A stretch of 64,000 bases of DNA from the human T2T-CHM13v2.0 reference genome, Homo sapiens (GCF_009914755.1 NC_060927.1); one strand, 5' to 3'. Positions 14,301 to 30,470 are shown, numbered from the stretch's first letter. Notes: generated by a model from the letters alone, not told the origin. Numbers and translations: made by a program.

Positions 14301-17300
14301 GAAAGCAGGGTTTGCAATCCTGCTCTCCGATAAAACAGACTTTAAGCCAACAAAGATCAAAAAAGACAAAGGGCATTACATAATGGTAAAGGATCAATGT
14401 AACAAGAAGAGCTAACTATCCTAAATATATCTGCACCCAATACAGGAGCACCCAGATTCATAAAACATGTTCTTAGAGATCTACAGAGAGATTTAGACTC
14501 CCACATAATAATAGTGGGAGATTTTAATACCCCACTGTCAATATTAGACAGATCAATGAGACAGAAAATTAACAAGAATATTCAGGAATTGAACGCAGCT
14601 CTGTACCAAGTGGACCTAATAGACATCTACAGAACTCTCCACCCCAAATCAACAGAATATACATTCTTCTCAGCACCACATCACACTTATTCTAAAATTG
14701 ACCACATAACTGGAAGTAAAACACTCCTCAGTAAATGCAAAAGAACAGAAATAGTAACAAACAGTCTCTCAGATCACAATGCAATCAAATTAGAACTCAG
14801 GATTAAGAAACTCACTCAAAACCACACAATTACATGGAAACTGAACAACCTGCTCCTGAATGACTACTGGGTAAATAATGAAATCAAGGCAGAAATCAAG
14901 TTCTTTCAAACCAATGAGAACAGAGACAACATAGCAGAATCTCTGGGATACAGCTAAAGCAGTTTTTAGAGGGAAATTTATAGCACTAAATGCCCACACC
15001 AGCTGGAAAAATCTGAAATTGACACCTGAACATCACAATTAAAAGAACTAAAGAAGCAAGAGCAAACAAATTCAAAAGCTAGCAGAAAACAAGAAATAAC
15101 TAAGATCACAGCAGAACTGAAGAAGATAGAGACATGAAAAAACTCTCAAAAAAATCCAGGAGGTTGTTTTTTTTTTTTTTAAAGATTAACAAAATACATA
15201 GACTGTTAGCTAGGCTAATAAGAAAAGAGAGAAGAATCAAATAGACCCAATAAAAAATGATAAAGGGGATGTCACCACTGATCCCACAGAAATACAAACT
15301 ACCATCAGAGAATACTATAACCTTTACACAACTAACTAGAAAATCTACAAGAAATGGAAAAATTCCTGGACACATACACTCTCCCAAGACTAAAGGAGGA
15401 AGAAGTTGAATCCTTGAATAGACCAATACAAGTTCTAAAATTGAGGCAGTAATTAATAGCCTGTCAACCAAAAAAAAAAGCCCAGGACCAGACAGATTCA
15501 CAGCCGAATTCTACCAGAGGTACAAGGAGGAGCTGGTACCATTCCTTCTGAAATTATTCCAAACAACAGAAAAAGAGGGACGCCTCCCTAACTCATTTTA
15601 TGAGGCCAGGATCATCCTGATACCAAAACCTGCCAGAGACATAATAAAAAAATAAAATTTCAGGCCAATATCCCTGATGAACATTGATACAAAAATCCTC
15701 AATAAAATACTGGCAAAACAAATCCAGCAGCACATCAAAAAGCTTATCCACCATGATCAAGTCAGGTTCATCCCTGAGATGAAAGGCTGGTTCAACATAC
15801 GCAAATCAATAAACGTAATCAATCACATAAACAGAACCAATGACAATAAACCACACTATTATCTCAATAGATGCAAAACAGGCCTTCAATAAAATTCAAC
15901 ATTGTTTCATGCTAAAAACTCTCAATAAACTAGGTATTGATGGAACATACTTCAAAATAATAAGAGCTATTTATGACAAACCCATAGCCAATATCATACT
16001 GAATGGGCAAAAGCTGGAAGCATTCCCTTTGAAAACTGGCACAAGACAAGGATGCCCTCTCTCAACACTCCTATTTAACATAGTATTGGAAGTTCTGACC
16101 AGGGCAATCAGGCAAGGGAAAGAAATAAAGGGTATTCAAACAGGAAGAGAGGAAGTAAAATTTTCTCTGTTTGCAGATGACATAATTGTATATTTTGAAA
16201 GCCCCATCATCTCAGCCCAAAATCTCCTTAAGCTGATAAGCAACTTCAGCAAAGTCTCAGGATACAAAATCAATGAGCAAAAATCACAAGCATTCCTATA
16301 CACTAATAGACAAGCAGAAAGCCAAATCATGGGTGAACTCCCATTCACTATTGCTATACAGAGAATAAAATACTTAGGAACACAACTTACAATGGACATG
16401 AAGGACCTCTTCAAGGAGAACTACAAACCACTGCTCAAGGAAATAAGAGAGGACACAAACAAATGGAAAAACATTCCATGCTCATGGATAGGAAGAATCA
16501 GGATCGTGAAAATGGCCATACTGCCCAAAGTAATTTATGGATTCAATGCTATTCCCATCAAACTACCATTGACATTCTTTGCAGAATTATAAATAACTAC
16601 TTTAAATTTAATATGTATCCAAAAAGATCTTCTATAGCTAAGACAATCCTAAGCCAAAAGAACAAAGCTGGAAGCATCACACTACCTGACTTCAAACTAC
16701 ACTACAAGGCTACAGTAACCAAAACGGTATGGTACTGCTACCAAAACAGATATATAGACCAATGGAACAGAACAGAGACCTCAGAAATAACATCACACAT
16801 ATACAACCATCTGATATTTGACAAACCTGACAAAAACAAGCAACAGGGAAAGTATTCCCTATTTAACAAATGCTGCTGAAAAAACTGGCTAGCCATATGC
16901 AGAAAACAGAAATTGGACCCCTTTCTTACACCTTATATAAAAATTAACTCAAGATGGATTAAAGACTTAAATGTAAAACCTAGACCCATAAAAACCTTAG
17001 AAGAAAACTTAGGCAATACCATTCAGTACATAGGCATGGGCAAGACTTCATGACTAGACACCAAAAGCAATTGCAACAAAAGCCAAATATCACAAATGGG
17101 ATATAACTAAACTAAAAAGCTTCTGCATGGCAAAAGAAACTAGCATTAGAGTGAAGAAGCAAACTCACAGAATGGGAGAAAATTTTTGCAATCTATCCAT
17201 CTGACAAAGAGTTAATATCCAGAATCTACAAGGAACTTAAACAAATTTACAAGAAAAAAACAAACAACCCCATAAAAACTAGGCAAAGAATATGAACAGA

Positions 17301-18130
17301 TACTTCTCAAAAGAAGATATTTATGTGGCCAACAAACATATGAAAAAAAGCTCATCACTGGTCATTAGAGAAATGCACATCAAAGCCACAATGAGATACC
17401 ATCTCATACCAGTTAGAATGGCGATCATTAAAAAGTCAGGTAACAACAGATGCTGGTGAGGATGTGGAGAAATAGGAATGCTTTTACATTGCTAGTTGGA
17501 GTGTAAATTACTTCAACTGTTGTGGAAGACAGTGTGGTTATTCTTCAAGGATCTAGAACCAGAAATACCATCTGACCCAGCAATCCCATTACTGGGTGTA
17601 TACCCAAAGGATTATAAATCATTTTACTAAAAAGACACATGCATATGTATGTTTATTGCAATACCATTTACAATAGCAAAGACTTGGAACCAATCCAAAT
17701 GCCTATCAATGATGGACTGGATAAAGAAAATATGACACATATACACCATGGAATACTATGCAGCCATAAAAAAGAATGAGTTCATTTCCTTTTTGGGGAC
17801 ATGGATGAAGCTAGAAACCATCATTATCAGCAAATTAACACAGGAACACAAAACCAAACACCACATGTTCTCACTCATAAGTCGAACAATGAGAATAAAT
17901 GGACACAGGGAGGGGAACATCACACACTGGGGATGTCAGGGGGTGGGGAGCAAGGGGAGGGAGAGCATTAGGAGAAATACATAATGCATGCGGGGCTTAA
18001 AACCTAGATTATGGGTTGATAGGTGCAGCAAACCACCATGGCACATGTATACCTATGTAACAAACCTGCACGTTCTGCACATATATCCCAGAACTTAAAG
18101 TAAAATTAGAGGAAAAAAAAAAAAAAAACT
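11400..18130 (+). mobile_element. Full-length, degenerate L1PA8-like LINE-1
   Basis: 5' YY1-like CAAGATGGCT; ORF1 ATG near 12717; ORF2 near 14089 with many frameshifts; 3' end TAATGCATGCGGGGCTTAAAACCTAG..CCAGAACTTAAAGTAAAAT. TSD core AATACTGA near 11392 and 18452. Confidence 0.93.
13529..13814 (-). mobile_element. AluSc inserted in L1 ORF1
   Basis: GCCAGGATGGTCTCGATCTCTTGACC diagnostic; TSD TCAACATTCTT (13518-13528, 13815-13825). Confidence 0.92.
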
Positions 18131-19022
<892 letters not shown>

Positions 19023-19520
19023 GAGATTTAAATGATTTTAAGATTACTTTTATATGAAAGAATTATAAATTATTTCATAGATAAAGTACGTCGTGAGCCT
19101 TCAAGAATGAAAAGTATTGCTGAAAGAGGTATAGGTAAGGATATTCCAACAATAGAGAATTAAATAGGTTAAAAAAAAAAGACAAAGGTAGATGAGCTTG
19201 ATTGAGTGTTACAAGTGCAATGTAGTTGAAAAGATGGGAAATGAGCTTGAAGATATAGGTTATGGGTACATTGCTAAAGGCTTAAATGTCAGGAGACAAA
19301 GAGTTGGTACTTAAGAAAGTACATTAGTACATTCACAAGTTAAATCTGAACATGAAAAGAGTAAACTAGGAAAATCAAAGGAGTTTGGGCTTGCCAGATA
19401 TGCAAAAAAAAAGCTGATCTGCATAGTTCTAAAACATTAATATTCCCAGTTTCACACATTCTTTTGGTGGGACAAGACACTATACAAACTCTCCAGGAAG
19501 AAATACAAATTTAAGGAATT

Positions 19521-19780
19521 GCAGGTGGATCACTTGAGCCCAGGAGTTTGAGACCAGCCTGGACGACATGCAAAACCCCATTTTTACCAAAAATGCAACA
19601 AAATTAGTCAGGCATGGTGGCATGCACCAGTAAACCCAGCTACTCAGGTGGCTGAGGTGGAAGGATCTCTTGAGCCCAGGAGGTTGAGGCCACAGTGAGC
19701 CATGATTGCACCACTACACTCCAGCCTGGGAAACAACAGCAAGACCCTGTCTCAAATAAAAAAATTAAAAATTTAAAATA
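19521..19780 (+). mobile_element. 5'-truncated AluJ
   Basis: CTTGAGCCCAGGAG in both arms; GAGCCATGATTGCACCAC. Confidence 0.9.
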
Positions 19781-21760
19781 GAGCCCAAGCCAATCAGGGC
19801 AGAAGTGATACCCCAGCACACCACAGCTGCTCTATGAAAGTGTGGCCAGACTGCTTCAAGTGAATTCCCAATACCATTCCTCCTCAATGGGTACAACCTC
19901 TGAACTGGGGCCTCAAGCCACCCCTGCTGGTGTTCTTTAGTCAAAAGAAATTTGAATTCTCCTTGAGATGAAGTACTCAGGGGAGGGGTGGGCCACCATC
20001 TTTGTAGTTTGGGGAACTCAGCCATTCCAGCCTATGGGCTTTGGAGAGTCTAAACCAACCAGGGGCAGAAAGGATCCCCAAGCACAGCACAGCTGCTCTA
20101 CCAAAACATGGCCAGACTGCTTCTTTAAGTGGGTCCCCAATTCTATTCCTCCTCACAGGGTGGGACCTCCCAACTGGGGCTTCCAGCCAACTCTTACAGA
20201 TACATTCAGGCTGCAACAGGTCTGTAGCTCTCTGGGATGGAGCTCCCAGAGGAGGGGGCAGGCTGCAATCATTGCTGTTTCACAGCCTTCACTGATGATA
20301 CCTCTAAGAACTGGAAAATCTGAGGCAACTAGGGACTTGAGTGGACCTCAGGCAAACTGCAGTAGCCCTACAGAAGAGTGGCCAAACTGTTTAAAAAAAA
20401 AATCCAAAAGTCAGCAACCTCAACGATTAAAAGTAGACAAGCCCACAAAAATGAGAAACAATCAGTGTAAGAACACTGAAAACTCAAAAAGCCACAGTGT
20501 CTTCTTTCCTCCAAATGACCATATCACCTCTCTAGCAAGGGTTCAGAACTAGGCTGAGGCTGGGGTGGTTGAAATGACAGGAGTAGCATTCAAAATGTGA
20601 ATAAAAACTAACTTCACTGAGTGAAAGAAACATGTTGTAACCCAATGCAAGAGAGCTAAAAATCATGACAAAACATTGCAGGAGCTGACAGACAAAATAG
20701 CCAGTATAGAGAAGAATATAATGAACCTGAGAGAGCTGAAAAACATACTGTAAGAATTTCATAATGCAATCACAAGTATTAGTAACAGAATAGACCAAGT
20801 GGAGAAAAGATCTCAGAGTTTGAAGACTGTCTTTCTGAAATAACACAGGCAGATGAGAATAGAGAATAAAGAATGAAAAAGAAATAATAAAATCTCCAAA
20901 AAATATGGGATTATGTATAGAGACCAAACCTATGACTGATTGGTGTACCTGAAAGAGATGAGAGAATGGAACCAATTTGGAAAACATATTTTAGGATATC
21001 ATCCATGAGAATTTCCCTAACCTAGCAAGACAGGCTAACATTCAAATTCAGGAAATGCAGAGAACCCCAGTAAGATACTCCATGAGAAGATCATCCCCAA
21101 GACACATAATCATCCGATTCTCCAAGGTCAAAGTGAAAGAAAAAATGTTAAGGCCAGCTAGAGAGAAAGGCCAGATCACCTACAAAGGGAAGCCCATCAG
21201 ACTAACAGCAGAGCTCTCAGAAGAAACATTATAAGCCAGAAGAGATTGGGGTCCAGTATTCAACATTCTTAAAGAAAAGAAATTCCAACCCAGAATTTCA
21301 TATCTGGCCTAACTAAGCTTCATAAACAAAGGAGAAATAAGTTCTTTTTCAGACAAGCAAATCCTGAGGGAATTCATTACCACCAGACCTGCCTTACAAG
21401 AGCTCCTGAAGGAAGCACTAAATATGAAAAGGAAAAACCATTACCAGCCACTACAGGAACACCAACTGAAGTACACAGACCAGTGACACTATAAAGCAAC
21501 CACATAAACAAGTCTGCAAAACAACCAGCTAACATCATGATGACAGGATCAAATCCACACATATCAATACTAACCTTAAATGTAAATGGGCTAAATGCCC
21601 CAATTAAAAGACACAGAGTGGCAAGCTGGATAAGGAGTCAAGACCCATCAGTATGCTGTCTTCAAAAGACCCATCTCACATGCAATGACATACATAGGTT
21701 CAAAATAAAGGGAAGGAAGAAAATCTACCAAGCAAATGGAAAACAAAAAAAAGCAGGGGT

Positions 21761-22058
21761 GGCTGGGCACAGTGGCTCACCCTGTAATCCCACACTTTGG
21801 GAGGCTGAGATGAGCAGACAGCTTGAGGTCAGAAGTTCGAGACCAACCTGGCCAACATGGTGAAACTGTGTCTCTACAAAAAATACCAAAAATTAGCCAG
21901 GCATAGTGGCATGCATCTGTAATCTCAGCTACTCAGGAGTCTGAGGCACGAGAATTGCTTGAACCTGGGAGGCGGAGGTTGGAGTGAGCTCAGATTGTAC
22001 CACTGCACTCCGGCATGGATGACAAAATGAAATTCCGTCTCAAAAGAAAAAAAAAAGA
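21761..22058 (+). mobile_element. AluS (Sx/Sz-like)
   Basis: Full dimer; degenerate TSD AAAAAGCAGGGGT / AAAAAGCATAGAT. Confidence 0.92.
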
Positions 22059-22184
22059 AAAAGCATAGATTGCAATCCTACTTTCTGACAAAACAGACTT
22101 TAAACCAACAAAGATCAAAAAAGACAAAGAAGGTAAAGTGTTCAATTCAAAAAGAAGAGCTATCCTAAATATGTATGAACCAAA

Positions 22185-22491
<307 letters not shown>

Positions 22492-24328
22492 ATATATATG
22501 AACCAAACACAGGAGCTTCATAAAGCAAGTTCTTAGAGAATGTCAGAGACATTGATTCCTACGTAATATAGTGGGAGACTTTAACACCACTGACAGTATT
22601 AAACATATTATCAAGACAGAAAATTGACGGATATTCAGGACCTAAACTCAGCACTGGATCAAATGGACCTGATAGATATCTACAGAGGTCTTCACCCAAA
22701 AACAACAGAACATACATTCTTCTCATTGCCACATGGCATTTATTCCCAAAATTGATCACATAATCAGACATAAAACAATCCTCAGCAAATGCAGAAGAGC
22801 GGAAATAGTAATAAACAGTTTTCAGACAACAGCATAATCAAATTAGAACTCAAGACTAAGAAATTCACTGAAAACCATACAATTACATGGAAATCGAATA
22901 ACCTGCTACTGAATTATTTGGGGTTAATAATGAAATTAAGGCAGAAATCAGTAAGTTCTTTGAAACTAATGAGAAGAAATAATGTACCAGAATCTCTCGA
23001 CATAGCTAAGACAGTGTTAAGAGGGAAATTAATAGCACTAAATGCCCACATCTAAAATGTAGAAAGATCTCAAGTTAACAAACTAACATCACAACTAAAA
23101 GAACTAGAGAACCATATGCAAACAAATCCAAAAGCTATCAGAAGACAAGAAATAACCAAAATCAGAGCTGAGCTGAAGGAGATAGAGACATGAAAAATCA
23201 TTCAAAAGATCAATGAATCCAGGAGCTGATTTTTTGAAAAAATTTATAGAGAGACCACTAGCTAGACTAACAAAGAAGAAAAGAGAGAAGATTTAAATAA
23301 ACACAATCAGAAACAATAAGCATGACAGTATCACTGACCCCACAGAAATACAACCATCAGAGAATTATAAATGCCTCTATTCACATAAACTAGAAAATCT
23401 AGAAGAAATGGATAAATTTCTGAACACATACACCCTCTCAAGACTGAACCAGGAAGAAATTGAGTCCTTGATCAAACCAATAATAAGTTCAGAAATTGAG
23501 GCAGTAATACAAATTCTACCAACTACAAAAACCCTAAGACCAGACAGATTCACAGCTAAATTCTACCAGATGTACAAAGAAGAGCTGGTACCATTCCTAC
23601 TGAACCTATTCCAAAAACTGAAAAAGAGGGACTCCTCCCTAAGTCATTCTATGAGGCCAGAATCATCGTGATACCAAAACCTGACAGAGACACAACAAAA
23701 AAAGGAAACTTCAGGCCAATATCCTTGATGAATATTGACGCAAAAATCTTCAACAAAATATTGGCAAACCAAATCCAACAGCACATCAAAAAGCTTATCC
23801 ACCATGATCAAGTAGGCTTCATCTCTGGGAGGCAAGTCTGGTTCAACATACACAAATCAATAAATGTGATTCATCACATCAACAGAACCAAAGGAAAACA
23901 ATCACATGTTTATCTCAATAGATAATCACTTAGGTTTTTCACATGAAGGGATATTGAATTTATTTCCTGTAGAAAAAGCTTTTGATAAAATTCAATATCT
24001 CTTCCTTTTAATTATTTAGAATAGTTTCAGTAGGAACACTGCCAGCACTATTTTTGTACATCCCTTCATGTCAAAAACTTAATAAGCTTCAATACCTAAT
24101 AAAATAGGTATTGAAGGAACATACCTCAAAATGATAATAGCCATCTATGGCAACCTAATTCAGCCATCACAGTGAATGGACACAAGCTGGAAGCATACCC
24201 CTTGAAAACCAGCGCAAGACAAGGATGCCCTCTCTCACCACTCCTATTCAACATAGTATTGAACGTTCCAGCCAGGAAAATTAGGCAAAGAAAGAAAGAA
24301 AGCGCAAATAGGAAGCCAGGACATCAAA

Positions 24329-24687
24329 TGATATAATTTCACTTTGTGTCCCTGCCCAAATCTCATGTCAAATTATAATCCCTAGTTTTGGAAGAGGGGC
24401 CTGGTGTGCAGTGATTGGATCATGGGGGCAATTTCTAATGGTTTAACAACATCCTCCTTAGTGCCACTTGTTTAAAAGTTTATAGCACCTCTCCCCTCTC
24501 CTGCCCACCATATGAAGATGTGCTTCCATCCCCTTCACCTTCTGCCATGATTGTAAATTTTCTGAGGTCTCCCCAGAAGTAGAACTCTGTACAGCCCACA
24601 GAATCATAAGCTGATTAAACCTGTTTTCTTCATAAATTACCCAGTCTCAAGTAGTTCTTTATGGCAGTGTGAGAACGAGCTAATACA
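24329..24687 (+). mobile_element. MST-family (MSTA/B) MaLR solo LTR
   Basis: TG...TAATACA termini; perfect 5-bp TSD TCAAA. Confidence 0.92.
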
Positions 24688-24827
24688 TCAAATTATCCCT
24701 GTTTGCAGATGGCGTTACCCTATATCTAGAAAACCCCATCGTCTCAGCCCCAAAGCTTCTTATGCTGATAAGCAACTTCAGCAAAGTCTCAGGATACAAA
24801 ATCAACGTGCAAAAATAGCTAGCATTC

Positions 24828-25125
<298 letters not shown>

Positions 25126-25778
25126 CTAGCATTCCTATACACCAACAACAGTCAAGCTGAAAGCCAAACCACAAACTCCCATTGACAACTGCCACAAAAA
25201 AGAATAAAATACCTAGGAATGCAGCTAACTAGGGAGGTGAAAGATCTCTAAAGGAGAACTACAAACCACTGCTCAAAGAAATCAGCAATGACACAAACAA
25301 ATGGAAAAACATTCCATGCTCACGGATAGAAAGAATCAATATCATTAAAATGGCCATACTGCCCAAAGAAATTTACAGATTCAATGCTATTCCCATTAAA
25401 CTACCATTGATATTCTTCACAGAACTAGAAACACCTATTTTAATATTCATATGGAACCAAAAAGGAGCCCAAATAGCCAAGGCAATCCTAAGCAACAAGA
25501 ACAAAGCTAGAGGCATCATGCTACCTGACTTCAAACTATACTGCAGAGCAACAGTAATGAAAACAGCATGGTACTGGTACAAGAACAGACACATAGACCA
25601 ATGGAAAAGACTACAGAACCCAGAAATAAGACTACACACCAACAACTATCTGATCTTTGAAAACCTGAAGAAAAAAAAAACAAGCAATGGAGAAAGAATT
25701 CCATATTCAATAAATGGTGCTGTGATAAATGGCTAGCCATATGCAGAAGACTGAAACTGGACCACTTACTTACATCTT

Positions 25779-28146
25779 TGATAAGGTTTGGCTATGTCCC
25801 CACCCAAATCTCATCTCAAATTGTAATCTGAATTGTAATCCCTATGTGTCAAGGGAAGGACCTGGTACAAGGTGATTGGATCCTGGAGGCAGTTTCTCCC
25901 ATGCTGTTCTCATAATAGTGAGGGAACTCTCATGAGATCTGGTTGTTTGATAAGTTTCCCCTGTGTTCTCTCTCTCTCCTGCCACCTTGTGAAGAAAGTG
26001 CTTGCTTCCCCTTCACCTTCTGCCATGATTGTAAGCTTTCTGAGGCCTCACAAGCCATGTGGAACTTTGAGTCAATTAAACCTCTTTTGTTTATGAATTA
26101 CCCAGTCTCAGGTAGTATCACAGCATTGTGAGTATGAACTAATACAGATAATTGGTACAAGCACAATGGGGTACTGCTATAAAGATAACACAAAAATGTG
26201 GAGTGACTTTGGAACTGGGAAACAGGCAGAGGCTGGAACAGTTTGGATGGGTCAGAAAAAGAAAGATGTGGGAAAGTTTGGAACTTTCTAGAGACTTGTT
26301 GAATAGTTTTGACCAAAATGCTGATAGTGACATGGACAACGAAGACCAGGCAGAGGTGGTCTCAGATAGAGATGAGGAACTCATTGGGAACTGGAGAAAA
26401 GGTCACTCATCGTATGCTTTAGCAAAGAGACTAGGGGCCTTTTGCCCCTGCCCTAGAGATCTATAAAATTTTGAACTTGAAAGAGATGATTTAGAGTATC
26501 TGGCAGGAGAAATTTCTAAGCAGCAAGGCATTTAAGCTGTGACCTGGCTTATTCTGAAAGTGTTCAGCTATATGTGTTCACAAAGAGATCCTCTGAAATT
26601 GGAACTTATGTTTAAAAAAGAAGCAGAGCATAAAGGTTTGGAAAATTTGCAGCCTGACCATGTGGTAGAAAAGAAAAACCCATTTTCTGTGGACGAATTC
26701 AAGCTGGCTGCAGAATTTTGCATAAGTAATGAGGAACTGAATGTTAATAGCCAAGACCATGGGGAAAACGTCACCAGGGCATATCAGAGACCTTCACACC
26801 AACCCCTCCCATCACAGGCCCAAAGGCATAGGAGGGAAAAATGGTTTCACTGGCCAGGCCCAGGGCCCAGCTGCTCTGTGTAGCTTTGGGACTTGGTGCC
26901 CTGTGTCCGAGCTGCTCCAGCTCTAACTATGGCTAAAAGGGACCAAGGTACCACTCGAGCCATTTCTTCAGAGGGTGCAAGTCCCAAGCCTTGGCTTCTT
27001 CCACATGGTGCTGGGCCTATGGGTATAAAAAACACAAAAGTTGATCTTTGAAACCTCCACCTAGATTTCACTGAATGGATGGAAATACCTGGATTTCCAG
27101 GCAGAAGTCTGCTACAGGGGCAGAACCCTCATGGAGAACTTCTACTAGGGTAATACAGAGGGTAAATGTGGGGTTGGAGCCCACATATAGAGTCCTCACT
27201 ATGGCACTGCCTAGTGGAGCTATGAGAAGAGGCCCACCACCCTCCAGACCCCAGAATGACAGATCGACCAACAGCTTGCACCATACACTTGGAAAAGCTA
27301 CAGGCACTCAATGGCAGGCTGTGAAAGCAGCCACAGGGGCTATACCCTGCAGAGCCACCAGGGTGGAGCTTCCCAAGGCTGTGGGAGCCCATCCCTTGCA
27401 TCAGCATGCCCCAGATGTGAGACATGGAGTCAAAGTAGATTATTTTGAACCTTTAAGATTTAATGACTGCCTGGCCTGGTTTTGGACTTGCATGGGGCAT
27501 CTGGCTCTTTGTTTTGGCCAATTTCTCCCACTTGGAATGGGAACATTTATCCAATGTCTGCACTCCCATTCTATCTTGGAAGTAACTAACTTGTTTTTGA
27601 TTTTACAGGCTCACAGGCAGAAGGGACTTGCCTTTTCTCAGATGAAACTTTGAACTTGGACTTTTGAGTTAATGCTGGAATGATTTAAGACTTTGAGAAA
27701 GTGTTGGGAAGGCATATTTGGTTTTGAAATATGAAAAGGACATGAGATTTGGGAGGAGGCATGGACAAAATCATATGGTTTGGCTGTATCTCTTCCCAAA
27801 TCTCATCTCAAGTTGTAATCCAAAATTGTAATCCCCATATGTTCAGTGAGGGACCTTGTAGAAGGTGATTGGATCATGGGGGCAGTTTCCTCCATGATGT
27901 TCTCATGATAGTGAGGGAGCTCTCACGAAATCTTTTTGGTAAGTGACTGGCAGTCTCCCCTGTGATCTCTCTCTCCTGCCACCTTGTGAAGAAGGCGCTT
28001 CTTTCCCCTTCACCTTCCACCATACTTGTAAGTTTCCTGAGGCCTCCCCAGCCATGCAAAACTGTGAGTCAATTAAACCTCTTTTGTTTATAAATTACCC
28101 AGTCTTGGGTAGTATCCTTATAGCAGTGTGAGAATGGACTGATACA
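25779..28146 (+). mobile_element. Complete MaLR provirus (THE1D/MSTA): LTR 25779-26146, internal region, LTR 27771-28146
   Basis: Paired LTRs; internal region starts GATAATTGGTAC; MaLR ORF remnant (LELGN..MWESLEL..GHSSYALAKRL) at 26152-26466; purine tract before the 3' LTR. Confidence 0.93.
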
Positions 28147-29454
28147 ATAATATACAAAAATTAACTCAAGATGGGTTAAATATTAAAACGTAAAGCCCAA
28201 AACTATAAAAACCCTGGAAGGCAATGTAGGCAATAACTTCAGGACATAGGCATAGGCAAAGATTTCATGACAGACACCAAAAACAATTGCAACATAAGCA
28301 AAAACTGACAAATGAGATCTAAACTAAAGAGCTTGTGCACAGCAAAATAAGCTATCAACAGAGGAAACAGACAACCTACAGAATGGGAGAATATTTTTGC
28401 CAACTATGCCTTAGACAAAGGTCTAATATCCAGCATCTATAAAGAACAAATTTACAAGATAAAAAACAGCCCCCATAAAAAAAGTGGGCAAAGAACATGA
28501 ATAGACACTTCTGAAAAGAAGACATATATGTAGCCAGCAGCGTATGAAAAAAAGCTCAACATCACTTCTCATTAGAGAAATGCAAATCAAAACCACAATG
28601 AGATAACATCTCTCATGAGTGAAAATGGTTACTATTAAGAAGTCAAACAACAGCAGATGCTGGTAAGGTTGTGGAGAAAAAGGAATGCTTATACACTGTT
28701 GGTAGGAGTGAAAATTAGTTCAGCAGTTATGGAAGACAGTGTGGCAATTCCTCAAAGACCTAAAGACAGAAATATCATTCGATTCAGCAATCCCATTACT
28801 AGGTATATACCCAAAGGAATATAAATCATTCTATTATGAAGACACATGCACACATATGTTCACTGCAGTGTTATTCATAATAACAAAGACATGGAATCAA
28901 CCTAAATACCCATCAGTGATAGACTAGATGAACAAAATATGGTACATATACACCATGGAATACTATGCAACCATAAAAAAAGAACAAGAGCATGTCCTTT
29001 GCAGGGACATGGATGAAGCTGGAGGCCAGTATCCTTAGCATAGTAACACAGGAACAGAAAACCAAATATTGCATGTTCTCACTTATATGTGGAAGCTAGG
29101 TGATGAGAACACATGGACACATAGAGGGGAACAACACACAATGGGGCCTTTCAGAGGGTGGAGGGTGGAAGGAAGGAGATAATAAAAAAAATCAACCAAT
29201 GGGTACTAGGCTTAATAACTGGGTGATGAAATAATCTGTATAACATACCCCCATGACACAAGTTTACTTACGTAACAAACCTGAATTTGTACCACTGAAC
29301 TTAAAACAAAAGTTTAAAAAAAGAATAAAGAGAGCTTCAAATAATGAAAGGATAGAAGTTGAATGAGAGTAGTACCTGTCCTACTTTAGGTACCTTGAAT
29401 TATTTGGAGGTACTTACAAAATTCTTTGAAATTTATTTCTTCTGCTCTTCAATT

Positions 29455-29640
29455 TAATTATTTTAATCAAGTATGTGCTATGCACAAAGCACTGAGGCAG
29501 ACACTGGGAATTACAGGTAAAATACAATTCAAGGCAGCAGCACCAGACATCACTGAGCTTATAGTCTATCAAGGGATACTGACCAATAAACAGTGATCAT
29601 AATAGAAGAAGTATGTCATACTGCGGGGACACTTAGGAAA
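29455..29640 (-). mobile_element. L2 3' fragment
   Basis: GCACTGAGGCAGACACTGGG..GAGCTTATAGTCTA pattern. Confidence 0.55.
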
Positions 29641-30470
29641 GATTCCTATCTCAGAATTGGGTTACTCAAGGAAGATTTTATCATTGTGAAAACCATATTT
29701 TCCATTAACTCTTTGGGCAATGTTGCCATAAGTCTTGATTACCTGTTAGAGTGTACCATAGAAAAGTGGTCTAAAATTGAAGGGTCAGCTCCCCCCCAAA
29801 AAAAAAATGAAAAAAAATCAAAATAAAAATCAGACATTTACTTTAAAGTAATAATTACACTTATAGAAATTTATCCTGAGGAAATAAATGTACAAATGTC
29901 TATATAAAATAGTGGACTATGCAAATTTACTCACCAGTAGTAATTTTATAATTTAATTGGACTTTTAATTGGACTTGGCAAAATAGATGCAAAACCATAA
30001 CCCAACTACATACTGCATACTAGACAAAAATTAGTAAAGTAAAAGTACAATACAATATATACCAGGAAAACAGTAACCAAAAGAGAGGTAGAGTGGATAT
30101 GCTAATATCAGACAAAATAGTCTTTAAGACAAAAATGGTTACCAGATAAAAGAAGGATGTTTACAGTGACAAAATCAAGAAGATATAACATTTATAAATA
30201 CATATGCACTTAACAACAGAGCCCCCAATTTAAGAAGGAAAAAGTGACAATTAGAGAAATATCAATGATAATAGTAGAAAACTTTAAGACCCCATTTTCA
30301 ATAATGAATAGAACAACTAGAAAGAACCGCAACAAGAAAATAAAAGACGTGAACAACACCATAAGCCAACTAGACCTAGAAGATATCTATTGAACATTCC
30401 ATACAACAGAATATATATTTTTCTCAACTGCAAATGAAACACTCTTCAGGAGGGACCTGGAGAGAGGTGA

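Noticed and set aside
12597-16879. ORFs of 138-250 aa
   Set aside because: Frameshifted pieces of the L1PA8 ORF1/ORF2.
19521-19800. AluJ fused to an L1 5' end as a template-switch chimera
   Set aside because: No TSD is shared between the Alu 5' flank and the L1 3' flank; insertion into the Alu tail or a deletion explains it equally well.
26152-27653. MaLR internal ORFs (104-192 aa) as a domesticated gene
   Set aside because: Broken by stops and frameshifts like ordinary THE1/MST internal copies.
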